Shown here one piece after another: positions 1-14,442 of a stretch of 64,000 nucleotides of DNA. The notes under the pieces are model-generated. The model searched no databases, was not told the origin of the DNA, and worked only from the letters and a program-made list of their open reading frames with translations. Position numbers and translations under genes: made by a program. This DNA is from Malacoraja senta (Eukaryota), in contig CM075996.1 of assembly GCA_038087875.1 (NCBI GenBank), positions 6,822,001 to 6,886,000 on the forward strand, in the 5' to 3' direction. The first letter of the stretch is position 1. Every line of letters starts with the position of its first letter.

Positions 1-374
1 TCCTTCCTACACATTGATACAGCTGTGTTAAGAGCTGCCGTGCAAAATCGTGGCGGATCTGATTGTGACTTCACTGTCCCATTCCTGGTCCTCCACCCCA
101 GCTAACCTTTCACCCCCTCGCTCACCCATCAACCTCTTGCTTTAACAATATTCTTTAAGGACGAGAGGTCCGAACATTTATGACTCCTTGAGAGAAAAAA
201 AATTCCCTTGTTTTAAATGGCAGACACGTATTGTAAATGACTACCTTTGAAGATCATCCCCAAAATGGAAACAACCTCCTCACAGCTATCTCCTCAGTAT
301 CTAATATGAAGGGAGAGGTATATTTGTCTGCAGAGAAGACCCTATTTGTGGCTTGTGTAGGAAGGAACTCCAGA

Positions 375-700
375 ATCCAGAACCAGGGGCCACAGTCTTA
401 GAATAAAGGGGAGGCCATTTAAGACTGAGGTGAGAAAAAACGTTTTCACCCAGAGAGTTGTGAATTTGTGGAATTCCCTGCCACAGAGGGCAGTGGAGGC
501 CAAATCACTGGATGGATTTAAGAGAGAGTTAGATAGAGCTCTAGGGGCTAGTGGAATCGGGGGATATGGGGAGAAGGCAGGCACGGGTTATTGATTGGGG
601 ATGATCAGCCATGATCACAATGAATGGCAGTGCTGGCTCGAAGGGCCAAATGGCCTCCTCCTGCACCTATTTTCTATGTTTCCATGTTTCCATGTTTCTA
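375..700 (+). mobile_element. CR1 LINE 3' fragment
   Basis: SRTRGH / [13 protein letters not shown] coding remnant and (tttc(c/t)atg) tail. Confidence 0.85.
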
Positions 701-1469
701 ACTGCAGATGCTAGTTTATACCGAAGATAGAGACAAAATGCTGGAATAACTCAGCGGGTTAGGCAGCATCTCTGGAGAAAAGATATAGGGGACGTTTCCT
801 GTTGAGTTCTTCAGACTGAGAGTCAGGGCAAAAGCTGGTAAAGATGAGGGAATGGGGACCAGGAAAATGGAAGTCATTAAAGATATGAAGGGCGTGTGAG
901 GTGTCTTGGACATAGTTTGGGAGGGATTAGACCATGGGGGATAGGAGCGTTTGACGACACTGGGCCTGTACTCGCTGGAATTTAGAAGATTGAAGGGGCA
1001 CCTCATTGAAACGTACAGAATAGTAAAAGGCTTGGAGTGAGTGGATGCGGAGAGGATGTTTCCACTTGTGGGAGAGTCTAGGATGAGTCATAGCCTTAGA
1101 ATTAAAGGACGTTCTTCTCTGCGGAGACGCTGCCTGTCCCGCTGAGTTACTCCAGCATTTTGTATCCACCTTCGATTTAAACCAGCGTCTGCAGTTCTTC
1201 CCTACAGATCTTCAGAGATACGCACGCCAGGGAATTTGAAGCTTTTGACTCTCTCCACCATCATCCCGTTGATATGGACAAGGTTTGTGGGCCCTCGTCC
1301 TCCTCTTACACAAAGCCCATGATCGGTACCTTGGTCTTGCTGGTGTTGAGAGCCAGGTCGTTGTGCTGGCACCGTTTGGTCAGTCCCTCCCCGTATCCCG
1401 ACTCATTATCATCTGTAATTCGTCCAACAACAGCGGTGATGTCTTTGAAGATGGAGTTGGAACTGTGGG

Positions 1470-2045
1470 TAGACAAAAGTGCTGGAGAAACTCAGCGGGT
1501 GCAGCAGCATCTAAGGAGCGAAGGAAATAGGCAACGTTTTGGGCCAAAACCCTTTTTCAGACTGATGTAGGGTGTGGGGAGGGGGGGGGGGGGAGAAGAA
1601 AGGAAAAAGGAAGAGGAGGAGCCCGAGGGCTGAGGGAGAGGAGAGAAGGGGAGGAGACAGCAAGGGCTACTGGAAATTGGAGAAGTCAATGTTCATGCCA
1701 TTGGGGTGCAGACTGCCCAAGCGGAATATGAGGTGCTGCTCCTCCAATTTCTGGTGGTCCTCACTCTGGCCATGGAGGAGGCCCAGGACGGAAAGGTCAG
1801 ATACGGAATGGGAGGGGGAGTTGAAGTGCTGAGCCACCGGGAGATCAGGTTGGTTAATGCGGACCGAGCGGAGGTGTTCGGCGAAACGATCGCCAAGCCT
1901 GCGCTTGGTCTCACCGATGTAGATCAGCTGACGTCTAGAGCAGCGGATGCAATAGATGAGGTTGGAGGAGATGCAGGTGAACCTCTGTCGCACCTGGAAC
2001 GACTGCTTGGGTCCTTGAATGGAGTCGAGGGGGGGAGGTAAAGCG
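1470..2045 (-). mobile_element. Penelope-like element 3' fragment (GIY-YIG endonuclease plus terminal repeat)
   Basis: ORF 1667-1993: NLIYCIRC...YIGETKRRLGDRFAEHL...HFN...GMN; further fragments at about 8330-8800 (+), 20281-20470 (-) and in each 3.14 kb unit (for example 27432-27690, -). Confidence 0.88.
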
Positions 2046-3110
2046 ACAAGTTGGAACTGTGTCCGGCTACACAGTCGTGGGTATGTGGAGTGAGGGGGTG
2101 GATGCTGGAGGGCCGAGATGGTGGGCGCCGGACGTCAGTCAAGGACGCACCGCCGTGGACGAAGGGGACCCGGCGTGGAGGGGCCGCCGAGAGAACAGAG
2201 AGGGACCGTTGGGAACTATAATGAACACTTTATAACACTGTTGGTGCCCTCTAGATGGCGACTCTTTGCATACCTTGTGTATGGTAAGCTAAACAAAGAG
2301 TTTCACTGTGACATGCCACGTGCAATTATACATTATCCTACAATCAATCGATGAATCGATCGATGGAGCAGGGGGCTGAGCACGCAGCCTTGCGATACTC
2401 CCATACTGAAGGGGAGGCCATTTAATACTGAGGGGAGAAGAAAACTGTTTCACCCAGAGAGTTGTGAATTTGTGGAATTCCCTGCTACAGAGGGCAGTGG
2501 AGGCCAAGTCACTGGATGGATTTAAGAGAGAGTTAGATAGAGCTATAGGGGCTAGTGGAATCAAGGGATATGGGGAGAAGGCAGGCACGGGTTATTGATA
2601 GGGGCCGATCAGCCATGATCACAAAGGATGGCGGTGCAGGCTCGAAGGGCCGAATGGTCTCCTCCTCCACCTATTTTCTATGTTTCAATGATGGTTGTCG
2701 AGGAGGAGGTGTCGCCGCTAATTCATACTGATTGTGGTCCGTTTAGTTTAGTTTAGAGATACAGGCCCTTTGGCCCTCCGAGTCCGCACCAACCAGCGAT
2801 CCCCACACGCTAACACCACCCAGCCAATTGACCTACAAACCCGCACGCCTTTTTGGAGTGTGGCAGGAAACCGAAGATCTCGGTGCAAACACACGCAGGT
2901 CGCGGGGAGACCGTGCAGACTCCGTACAGACAAGCGCCTGGAGTCGGGATCCAACCCGGGTCCCTGGCGCTGTGAGGCAGCAACTCTACCGCTGCGCCAC
3001 CATGCCGCCCTTGATGAGGAAGTGGAGGATCCAGTTTCAGAGGGACGCGCAGAGACCCAGTTCCGTGAGCTCGGTGACCAGTTTGGAGGGAATGGTTGTT
3101 TGGTTCAACA

Positions 3111-3430
3111 TGGTGGCGCAGCGGTAGAGTTGCTGCCTTACAGCGCTTGCAGCACCAGAGACCCAGGTTCCATCCTGACCACGGGTGCTGCCTGTACGGA
3201 GTTTGCACGTTCTCCCCGTGACCCGCGCTGGGATTCCCCCGGGATCTTCGGTTTCCTCCCACCCTCCAAAGACGTGCAGGTTTGCAGGTTAAATTGGCTT
3301 GGAATGAGTGTAAATTGTCCCTGGTGTGTGTGTAGGATAGTGGTAGTGTGCGGGGATCGCTGGTCGGCGCGGACTCGGTGGGCCGAAGGGCCTGTTTCCG
3401 TGCTGTATCTCTAAACTAAACTAAACTAAA
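3111..3430 (+). mobile_element. tRNA-derived V-SINE (HE1-like); representative of dozens of copies
   Basis: A box TGGCGCAGCGG, B-box-like GGTTCCATCC, V-domain gagtttgcacgttctccccgtg, (ctaaa)n tail; other copies at about 13419-13750 (+), 16424-16722 (+), 40391-40710 (-), 50377-50666 (+). Confidence 0.85.
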
Positions 3431-4829
3431 CCGTAGCTCATGTTGTCGTGGTTGGGTGAGTGTTCAGGAGTCGGGCTCGCAGAGACACCACGATGGAGTT
3501 CCATGTGGAACTGACTGTCCCCCCCGCAAGCAGAGGTTTTGACCGCATCGTCATCTATAACCACCATTTATTTATTTTAGCTTAGCTTAGAGATACAGCG
3601 TGGAAACAGGCCCTTCGGCCCACCGAGTCCGTGCCGGCCAGCGTTCCCCCCGCACTAAGGAGTAAGCCGTTTAGAACGGAGACGAGGAAACACTTTTTCT
3701 CACAGAGAGTGGTGAGTCGGCGGAATTCTCTGCCTCAGAGGGCGGTGGAGGCCGGTTCTCTGGATACTTTCAAGAGAGAGCTAGATAGGGCTCTTGAAGA
3801 TAGCGGAGTCAGGGGATATGGGGAGAAGGCAGGAACGGGGTACTGATTGGGGGATGATCAGCCATTGAATGGCGATGCTGGATCGAAGGGCCGAATGGCC
3901 TACTCCTGCACCTATTGTCTATTGTCTATTGTCTATTGTCTACCCTACACACGTGGGACAATTTACAATTATAGCAAAGCCAATTAGCCGACAAACCTCT
4001 GCACGTCTTTGGAGTGTGGGAAGAAACCGGAGCCTCCCGGAGAAAACCCACGCAGGTCACGGGGAGAACGTACAAACTCCGTACAGACAGCGCCCGTAGT
4101 CAGGATGGAACCCGGGTCTCTGGCGCTGTGAGGCAGCAACTCTACCGCTGCGCCACCGTGCCGACCCTCAATTAAAATCCAATGTTTTTTGCTTGTCAAA
4201 TTAAAATGTCTCGGAATATCATTAATTGACCTCAGAGTTGCTAAATTCCTAAGAGTTTCACAACCAGTGAATGAGTAGCCTGATTTATGTGTGAATTAGG
4301 TCTGATTTAAAGGGCCGAATGGACCTGAAATCTTTAGTTAAGATAATTATTGTCTTATGACCCAAAATGCAGTGACAAGCGTTTGTTTGCGTGCTATCCA
4401 GTCAAAGGAAAGAGACAACACATGATTACAATCGAGCCGTCTACAGTGAACTGATAATGGATAAAGGGTCCAGCTTATAATGCAAGATAAAGTCCGAATA
4501 AAGATATGTTCAAAAGTCTCCAATGTAGCAGATGGGAGTTCAGCACCACACTCTAGCTGATGAAAGGATGGCCTGATAATGGACGGCACGGTGGCGCAAC
4601 GGTAGAGTTGCTGCCTCACAGCGCCAGAGACCCCGGTTCGATCCTGACTGCGGGCGCTGCCTGTACGGAGTTTGTACGCTCCCCCCGTGGCTTTTCTCGA
4701 GAAATTGTCCCCTTTCCCCCTCTGACCTTCATGACCTTTAGTCTCTCACAGCTTAAACTTTAGACTTTAGATGGGCAGCATGGAAACAGGCCCTTCGGCC
4801 CACCGAGCCTGCACCGACCAGCGATCAGC

Positions 4830-5680
4830 TCATGGACATCCGGTGGCGCTGTTATTGGCTGCCTCCGCCTTCAGTCTGGTATCTCTTTTATTTTTTGTTA
4901 TGTTTAAAGTATGTTTTTTTTAATTTATTTTTTTGTGTGGGGGGGAAGAGGGTAGGGTAAGGGGGAAACCGTCCAGTCGCTTCCTGGAGAGGATGCGACT
5001 ATTAATCGAGTCGCGTCCTCGACCCCCCCCCCCCCTACTGGATTGGCGCGGCCTTTCCTGCCGGGACCGACCGGAGCTTCAGCAGCGGCGGCGCAGCGCT
5101 GGATACATCGCGGAGCGGGTGATGCCTCACCTGGGATCGCCGTTTGGAGCTCCGGAGTGTTGGGCCTGCTGCACCGACATCGCGGAGCTGTGGTTCACGG
5201 AGCTCCCAACGCGGGGGGGGGGGCGCTGACCAACATCGCGGAGTCCTGCGATCCTTTGTCGGGGGTCGCCAGCGTGAACCTCCGCCCAGCTCGACCCGTG
5301 GACATCGGGAGCCGCGGACTCCGGTGGGAAGGTGGCCGATTTAGAGGTCCGGGCCGCCGAGGATGTTCTCCCGTTCGACGTCGGGGTTCCATCATTCCAG
5401 GCGAGAGGGCCTGAACATCGGGCCGCCCGTAGCGACGACTACAGGGGGCTCGGGAGGCCCCGACCACGGTTGAACACCTGGGAAGATCAGCGAGGAGGTT
5501 GAGTGGTCTTTGGTTCCTTCCCTCACAGTGGGGAACTTTGGTGCCGCTGTGGGGATGTTTGAGTCGTGGACTTCTGTGTTTTGTGCTATTTTTATTTGTA
5601 TGACTGTAAGGAAAATGGCATTTCGTTGTCTCTCAATTGAGACAATGACAATAATTTGAATCCAATCCAATCCAATCCAC
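4830..5680 (+). mobile_element. Unclassified GC/CpG-rich non-autonomous retroelement
   Basis: Ends in a hairpin (ttgtctc...gagacaa), tgacaataa and an (aatcc)n tail; similar 3' ends at about 17041-17104 and 46400-46585. Confidence 0.5.
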
Positions 5681-6581
5681 TTGTACTGTCTTGCGCTCTG
5701 AGGGCAATTTACAATTTACCGCAACCAATTGACCTACAAACCTCCGCAAATCTGCGGAGTGTGGGAGGAGACCAGAGCTTCCCGGAGAAAACCCACCCAG
5801 GTCACGGGGAGAAGATACAGACATCCATACAGACAGCACACAAAGTCAGGATCGGGTCTCTGGCGCTGCGATACATCAACGTTACCGCTGCGCCAACGTG
5901 ACGCCCTTTTTTCCCCACCCAAGGCTAAAAAAAGTTCTGATTGTTTACGAGGTCTTGTATAAACTTCTACAAGGTCTTCCTTCCATCTCCGACGCTCCAG
6001 TGAAAATAATCCAAGTTCGTCCAATGTCTCCTTATAGCTAATAGCCTCTAATCTGGGCAGCGTCTGGTAAACCTCTTCTGCGTCTCTTCCCCAAAATCAC
6101 CACATCCTTCCTGCAATGGGACGGCCAGAACTGTGCACAATACTCCAAATGTGGCCGAACCCAAAGTCTCATAAATGCGTCGGAAGGAACTGCAGATGCT
6201 GCTTTAAACCGAAGATAGACACAAAATGCTGGAGTAACTCAGCGGGTCAGGCAGCATCTCTGGAGAGAAGGAATGGGTGACGTTTCGGGTCGAGACCCTT
6301 CTTCAGTCTGAAGGGTATAAACTGTGGTGTAAAGGCTGGTGTGTCTGTGGAATTCATTGCCACAGAAGGCTGTGGAGGCCAAGTCAATGGATGTTTTTAA
6401 GGCAGAGATAGATAGATTCTTGATTAGTGCGGGTGTCGGGGGTTATGGGGAGAAGGCAGGGGAATGGGGTTGGGACAGATCAGTCATGGTTGGATGGTGG
6501 AGTAGTCTTGATGGGCTGAATGGCCTCATTCTACTCCTATGACATGAACTTATGAACCTCAGTACACGTGACAATTAACAA

Positions 6582-6800
6582 AACTAATCTAATCTAAACT
6601 AAACTAAACTAAACTAAACTAAACTAAACTAAACTAAACTAAACTAATCTAATCTAAACTAAACTAATCTAAACTAAACTAAACTAAACTAAACTAAACT
6701 AAACTAATCTAAACTAAACTAAACTAAACTAAACTAAACTAATCTAAACTAAACTAAACTAAACTAAACTAAATGAAACTGAACTAACTTAAACTAAACC
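6582..6800. repeat. (CTAAA)n microsatellite, expanded retroelement tail
   Basis: Direct reading. Confidence 0.95.
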
Positions 6801-7848
6801 AAACACAAAATGCTGGAGTAACCCAGCAGGTCCCTTCTCTCGCCCCGAAACATCACCCGTTCCTTCTCTCCAGAGATGCTGCCTGTCCTGCTGAGTTACT
6901 CCAGCAGTTTGCGTCTATCTTCAGTTTAAACCAGCATCTGCAGTTCCTTCCTGCACATAAAGCCGAACTAGAGATGATCGGAAGGCTAATTCTGCCTGAC
7001 AGCAGCCCACGAGACGAAGATCCCTATCTGTGGAATGGATGACCCATCCAACAAACAGCCATACCCTACACTCTTATCTTCATTGTTCATTCGCTTGATT
7101 GATGAGATGTTGGGAAGCTGCCTCTGATGTCTGGGGCAGGATTACTCTCTCTCTCTCTCAGTCCACAGATGTTATTCATTTCATCCAGGCTGGCACGCTC
7201 CCCAGTTAACAAACATGACTTCAAATTTCCAGGCAGGAATGTAATACGTTTCCACCGTTGAACCTTCTTCTCAGTCCTGCTCCTTATTTATCTCGTCTCC
7301 CAGTCCTGCTGTCTCTCACAGAAACATAGAAACATAGAAAATAGGTGCAGAGTAGGCCATTCGGCCCTTCGAGCCAGCTCCGCCATTCAATATGATCATG
7401 GCTGATCATCCAGAATCAGTACCCCAATCCTGCCTTCTCCCCATATCCCTTGATTCCGTTAGCCCTAAGGGCTAAATCTAACTCTCTATTGAAAACATCC
7501 AGTGAATTGGCCTCCACTGACATCTGCGGCAGAGAATTCCACAGATTCACAACTCTCTGGGTGAAATAGATTTTCCTCGTCTCAATTTCCCCATTGATCA
7601 CTGGAATTTAGAAGGATGATAGGTTATCATAGAATGTAAAATTCTTAAGGGATTGGACAGGCTAGATGCAGGAAAAAAAAATTCCCGACGTTGGGGGAGT
7701 CCAGAACCAGGGGTTAAGAATAAGGGGTAGGCCATTTAGGACTGAGATGAGGAAAAACGTTTCCCCCCAGTGAGTTGTGAATCTGTGGAATTCTCTGCCA
7801 CAGAAGGCAGTGGAGGCCAATTCACTGGATGTTTTCAAGAGAGAGTTA

Positions 7849-8141
7849 AACCCCTGTCCCACGGTACGAGTTCATTCCAAGAGTTCTCCCGAGTTTGCCC
7901 TGATTCGAACTCAGAGATTTACGGTAATGGCCGCTCGTCGGTACTCGGGGCTCTCGTGGACATTTTTCATCATGTTGAAAAATCTTCACGAGTCTTCCCG
8001 AGTACCTGCCGTTAGCGCTAAGAGACGTCCCCGAGCTCCGACGTACCCGCTACGTTCATTCTCCGTGCTTACCACGAGTTTGATTATTTTTTTTTACTCG
8101 GGAGAGCTCTTGGAATGAACACGTACCGTGGGACAGGGCTT
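7849..8141. mobile_element. PIF/Harbinger-type MITE
   Basis: Long TIRs ccctgtcccacggtacgagttcattccaagag; TTA TSD; splits a CR1 3' end. Confidence 0.85.
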
Positions 8142-9677
8142 TTAGGAATAGCTCTTAAGGCTAACGGAATCAAGAGATATGGTGAGAAAGCAGGAACGGG
8201 GTACTGATTTTAGATGATCAGCCATGATCATATTGAATGGCAGTGCTGGCTCGAAGGGCCGAATGGCCTACTCATGCACGTATTTTCTATGTTTCTGTTT
8301 CTATGTTTCTATCTTCCAATTGATTTCCCCACCTGATCTCCCGGTTGCTAAACACTTTAACTCCCCCTCCCATTCCCAACCTGACCTTTCTGTCCAGGGC
8401 CTCCTCCATTGTCAGAGTGAGGCCCAGCGCAAATTGGAGGAACAGCACCTCGTCTTTCGCTTGAGCAGCTTACACCCCAGCGGTATGAATATTGACTTCT
8501 CTAATTTCAAGTAACCCATGCTTTCCCCCTCTCTCCATCCCTCCCCCATCCAAGTCGCACCAGCTTCTCGTTTTCACCCAACAAACAGCTAACAATGGCC
8601 TGTTTCGTTTATCATCGTGACTTTTTTGCATATCTTTCATTCATTGTTCTTTATCTCTCTCCATCACCGTCTATATCTCTCATTTCACTAATCCCTAACC
8701 AGTCTGAAGAAGGGTCTCGACCCGAAGCGTCACCCATTCCTTCTCTCCAGAGATGCTGCCTGTCCCGCTGAGTTACTCCAGCGTTTGTGTCTATCTTAGG
8801 AGTAAAGAGGGACTTTTGGGGGCTACGTTGAACACTTTGTAACTTTGTTGGTGCCCTTTATGTAGCGACTCTTTCCATACCTTGTGTGTGCAAAACTAAT
8901 CATTTCACTGTTACATCACGTGATAATAATGTATCATTCATTCATTTAGTAACGCAAGTTCACAAGTTATTGGAGTAGAATTAGACCATTCGCCCCATCA
9001 AGTCTACTCCACCATTCAACCATGGCTGATCTCTGCCTCCTAATCCCATATTCCTGCCATCTCCCCTTTCATTCGTCCCGTCTCTGTTTTCATTAACTGC
9101 TGGTGTATAAACTGCCTGTTGTTTTAGATACAGTTGAGTTTATTGTCACGTGTACCGAGGTACAGTGAAAAGCATTTGTCGCGTGCTAACCAGTCAGTCA
9201 GCGGAAATACAATACATCTTTACAATCGCGCCATTTACAGTGTATAGATACAAGGGAATAACGTTTAGTGCAAGGTAAAGCCAGCAAAGTCCGATCAAAG
9301 ATAGCCCGAGGGTCACCAAAGAGGTAGATAGTAGTTCAGGACCGCTCTCTGGTTGTGGTAGGATGGTTCAGTTGCCTGATAACAGCTGGGAAGAAACTGT
9401 CCCTGAATCTGGAGGTGTGCGTTTTCACTCTTCTGTACCTTTTGCTTTTTGCGTGCTGTTGTAGGAGTGAGGAGATTGCAGCGGTGCTGGGCTGACTCAC
9501 GGGGGCCGGGGCTGTGTGTTAGCACAGGTGTAGCCCGGCCCGGCTCTGTGGGTTAGCATGGACCCAGGCTGCCAGATCATCACCCTGGTGACTCAGCCTG
9601 AGAACGAGGTAGAGCCAAGACCAACGTGGAGAGCACGTCACCTTGTGGGGGCTGTCTCTGTCAGTCATCTCCGGGCT

Positions 9678-11146
<1,469 letters not shown>

Positions 11147-11891
11147 ACAGCTTCTGTCATTTGAACACCCATCCTTGTACCCCCACTGGGGGACGGTGTT
11201 TCCCCTCACTAGGACCTGTTGCCCAATTGCCCCCAAAGCCCTCAGATGCGACGTGGATGAAGGAACTGCAGATGCTGGCTTAAACCGAAGATAGACACAA
11301 AAAGCTGGAGTAACTCAGCGGGACGGGGAAGCATCTCTGGAGAGAAGGAAGAAGGCTGTGGAGGCCAAGTCAATGGATATTTTTACGGCAGAGATGGGAC
11401 ACATTGGGCGGTATGGGCAAGTTGGGCCGAAGGGCCTGTTTCCACACTGTATCACTCTATGACTATGACTCTAGATAGATAGATTGTTGATCAGGGGATA
11501 TGGGGAGAAGGCAGGAACGGGATACTGATTGGGGATGATCAGCCATGATCACATTGAATGGCGGTGCTGGCTCGAAGGGCCAAATGGCCTACTCCTGCAC
11601 CTATTGTCTATTGTCTATTGTCTATTGTCTATTGTCTATCAGTGTGGCTGTCAGGAGGTTACGGGGAGAAGGCAGGAGAATGGGGGCTTGGGAGGGAGAG
11701 ATAGAACAGCCATGATTGAATGGAGGAGAGGACCTGATGGGCCGAATGGCCTGTTTCTGCTCCTACAACCGATGACTTTGTGAAACGTCACCCATTCCTT
11801 CTCTCCAGAGATGCTGCCTGTCCCGCTGAGTTACTCCAGCGTTTTGTGTCGATCCTCAGATGCGGTGTCCTCTCACGGGCCCTGTCCGAGA

Positions 11892-12262
11892 CCTTCTTCT
11901 TCTTGCGTTTGAGACAGCAGCGGTTATGTAACGCCCTCCAGGGCGCTGTAGCCGGTTCAATGTGCTGTTGTCGAGGGCCGTGAGGTCTACCCCTCCCACC
12001 AGGGGGCGGAGGACAACGCAGTCGAGAACGACACGATGCGCCGTTTGCCGGTCTGCTCCACACACGCAGGCTGCTGAAGAACGCAGCCCCCAGCGATGCA
12101 TGTTGGCGTTGAACCGGCCGACCCCCATACGGAGCCGGTTCAGGGCGACCCACTCTTTGCGGGGCAGGTCCGAGCCGGGTGGGGCTGTGGTATTCGGTGC
12201 AACAGTGAATTGCGGAGGTCGCGAAGTCTGTTCCCAGCTGGTTCTCCATGCCCCTAGTGTGT
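11892..12262 (-). mobile_element. Vingi/Ingi-type LINE 3' fragment
   Basis: WVALNRLRMGVGR...WG...CVCG..QT..H..VLDC C-terminal motif; (aag)n tail. Confidence 0.7.
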
Positions 12263-12263
12263 T

Positions 12264-12948
12264 GAGACAATAGACAATAAACCATAGACAATAGGTGCAG
12301 GAGTAGGCCATTCGGCCCTTCCAGCCAGCACCGCCATTCAATGTGATCATGGCTGATCATCCCCAATCAGTACCCCGTTCCTGCCTTCTCCCCATATCCC
12401 CTGACTCCGCTATCTTTAAGAGCCCTGTCTAGCTCTCTCTTGAAAGTATCCAGAGAACCTGCCTCCACCGCCCTCTGAGGCAGAGAATTCCACAGACTCA
12501 CAACTCTCTGTGAGAAAAAGTGTTTCCTCGTCTCCGTTCTAAATGGCTTACCCCTTATTCTTAAACTGTGGCCCCTGGTTCTTGACTCCCCCAACTTCGG
12601 GAACATGTTTCCTGCCTCTAGCGTGTCCAAACCCTTAACAATCTTATATGTTTCAATAAGATAACCTCTCATCCTAAACTCCAGAGTGTACAAGCCCAGC
12701 TGCTCCATTCTCTCAGCATATGACAGTCCCGCCATCCCGGGAATTAACCTTGTAAACCTACGCTGCACTCCCTCAATAGCAAGAATGTCCTTCCTCAAAT
12801 TAGGGGACCAAAACTGCACACAATACACCAGGTGTGGTCTCACTAGGGCTCTGTACAACTGCAGAAGGACCTCTTTGCTCCTATACTCGACTCCTCTTGT
12901 TATGAAGGCCAACATGCCATTCGCTTTCTTCACTGCCTGCTGTACCTG
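12264..12948 (-). mobile_element. CR1 LINE 3' fragment
   Basis: ORF 12367-13074: [10 protein letters not shown]...[10 protein letters not shown]...WNSLP; (ctattgt)n tail. Confidence 0.92.
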
Positions 12949-14442
12949 AGAGGGTTTGGTGGCCTTGTTTCTGACACTGCAGGGTACACATCGGCCTTTC
13001 TCTGCCAGCCACGGATACAATATCCTTTGATGATTATTTACTCTGGCTTTTCCCGATATTTCCTGAACTGTCATTAGTGAGTCATGGTGTGGGAGGATTC
13101 AGCTCACAGCACCGGGCCAGTTGCGGTCAATATTTCCTCTAAAAATACCTGCTGCATCTTTCCCTGGCTCGGCTTTAATCCCATCTTGTTTCAAGTCGGC
13201 GGATGACAGATTGATTTTTTTATACCGGTGCTCCCCCTAGTTTCCTTGAAGACAGGCGCGAAAACCACTGGAGTAACTCAGCGGGACAGGCGGCGTCTCT
13301 GGAGAAAGAGGACGGGTGACGTTTCGGGTCGGGACCTTCCTTCAGACTTGGGATCTTTGCACGTCTTTGGGTCGTGTGGGAGGGAAACCGGAGCACCCGG
13401 AGTAAAAGGGGGGGGCGCCATGGTGGCGCAGCGGTAGAGTTGCTGCCTTACAGCGCTTACAGCGCCAGAGACCCGGGTTCGATCCGACTTCGGGTGCTGT
13501 CTGTACGGAGTTTGTACGTTCTCCCCGTGACCCGCGTGGGTTTTCTCCGTGATTTTCGGATTCCTCCCGCACTCCAAAGACGTGCATGTTTGTAGGTTAA
13601 TTGGTTTGGGTAAAATTAATTGGCCTGGTATGAATGTAAAAATTATCCCTAGTGTGTGTCGGATAGTGTTAATGTGCGGGGATCGCTGGTTGGCACGGAC
13701 TCGGTGGGCCGAAGGGCCGTCTTCCGCGCTGTATCTCTAAACTAAACTACAAACCCACACAGGTCGCGGGGAGAACGTACAAACTCCGCACAGACAGCAC
13801 CCGTAGTCAGGATCGAACCGGGGTCCCTGGCGCTGTGAGGCAACAACTCTACCACTGGGCCACAGTTCGATGAGTAGATGTTGGGGAAGTAGATAGGGTG
13901 ATGTTTTGGGTCAGGTCAGGACCCTTCTTCAGATCGGCCAGACTACCGGCCCCAAACATCACCCGTTGTTTCTCCCCACAGATGCTGCCTGACCCGCTGA
14001 GTTACTCCAGCACTTTGAGTCCATCTTCGGTGGAATCCACCGCCTGCACTTCCTTTCTGTACAAGTTTTGAGCTGAGCCATCGGTGTGGAGGCGACCGGG
14101 AAGATAACCCTGCAGATGCTGAAAGTCTGAAATAAAATTAAAACCACAATGTGAAGATACTCCGCAGGTCAGGCAGCATCTGCGGAGAGTGAAAAAGAGC
14201 AACTGATTTGGGTGAGATGGGCAAGATTTAATACAGAGGGGCTACTTTTTCACACAGAGGCAGGTGGGTCTATTGAACAAGCTGCCAGAGGAGGTAGTTC
14301 AGTTCCATTTAGATCATTTTAGTTTATTGTCACGTGTACCGAGGTACAGTGAAAAGCTTTTGCAGCGTACTAACCAGTCAGCAGAAAGACAATACATGAT
14401 TACAATCGAGCCATTTACAGTGTAAAGATACATGATAAGGGA

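Noticed and set aside
3111..3180. tRNA genes
   Set aside because: The A/B boxes belong to SINE heads followed by a V-domain and tail; no full cloverleaf seen
7169..7232. ATGTTATTCATT... after a pyrimidine tract as the start exon
   Set aside because: Peptide MLFISSRLARSPV is not signal-peptide-like and no GT donor follows
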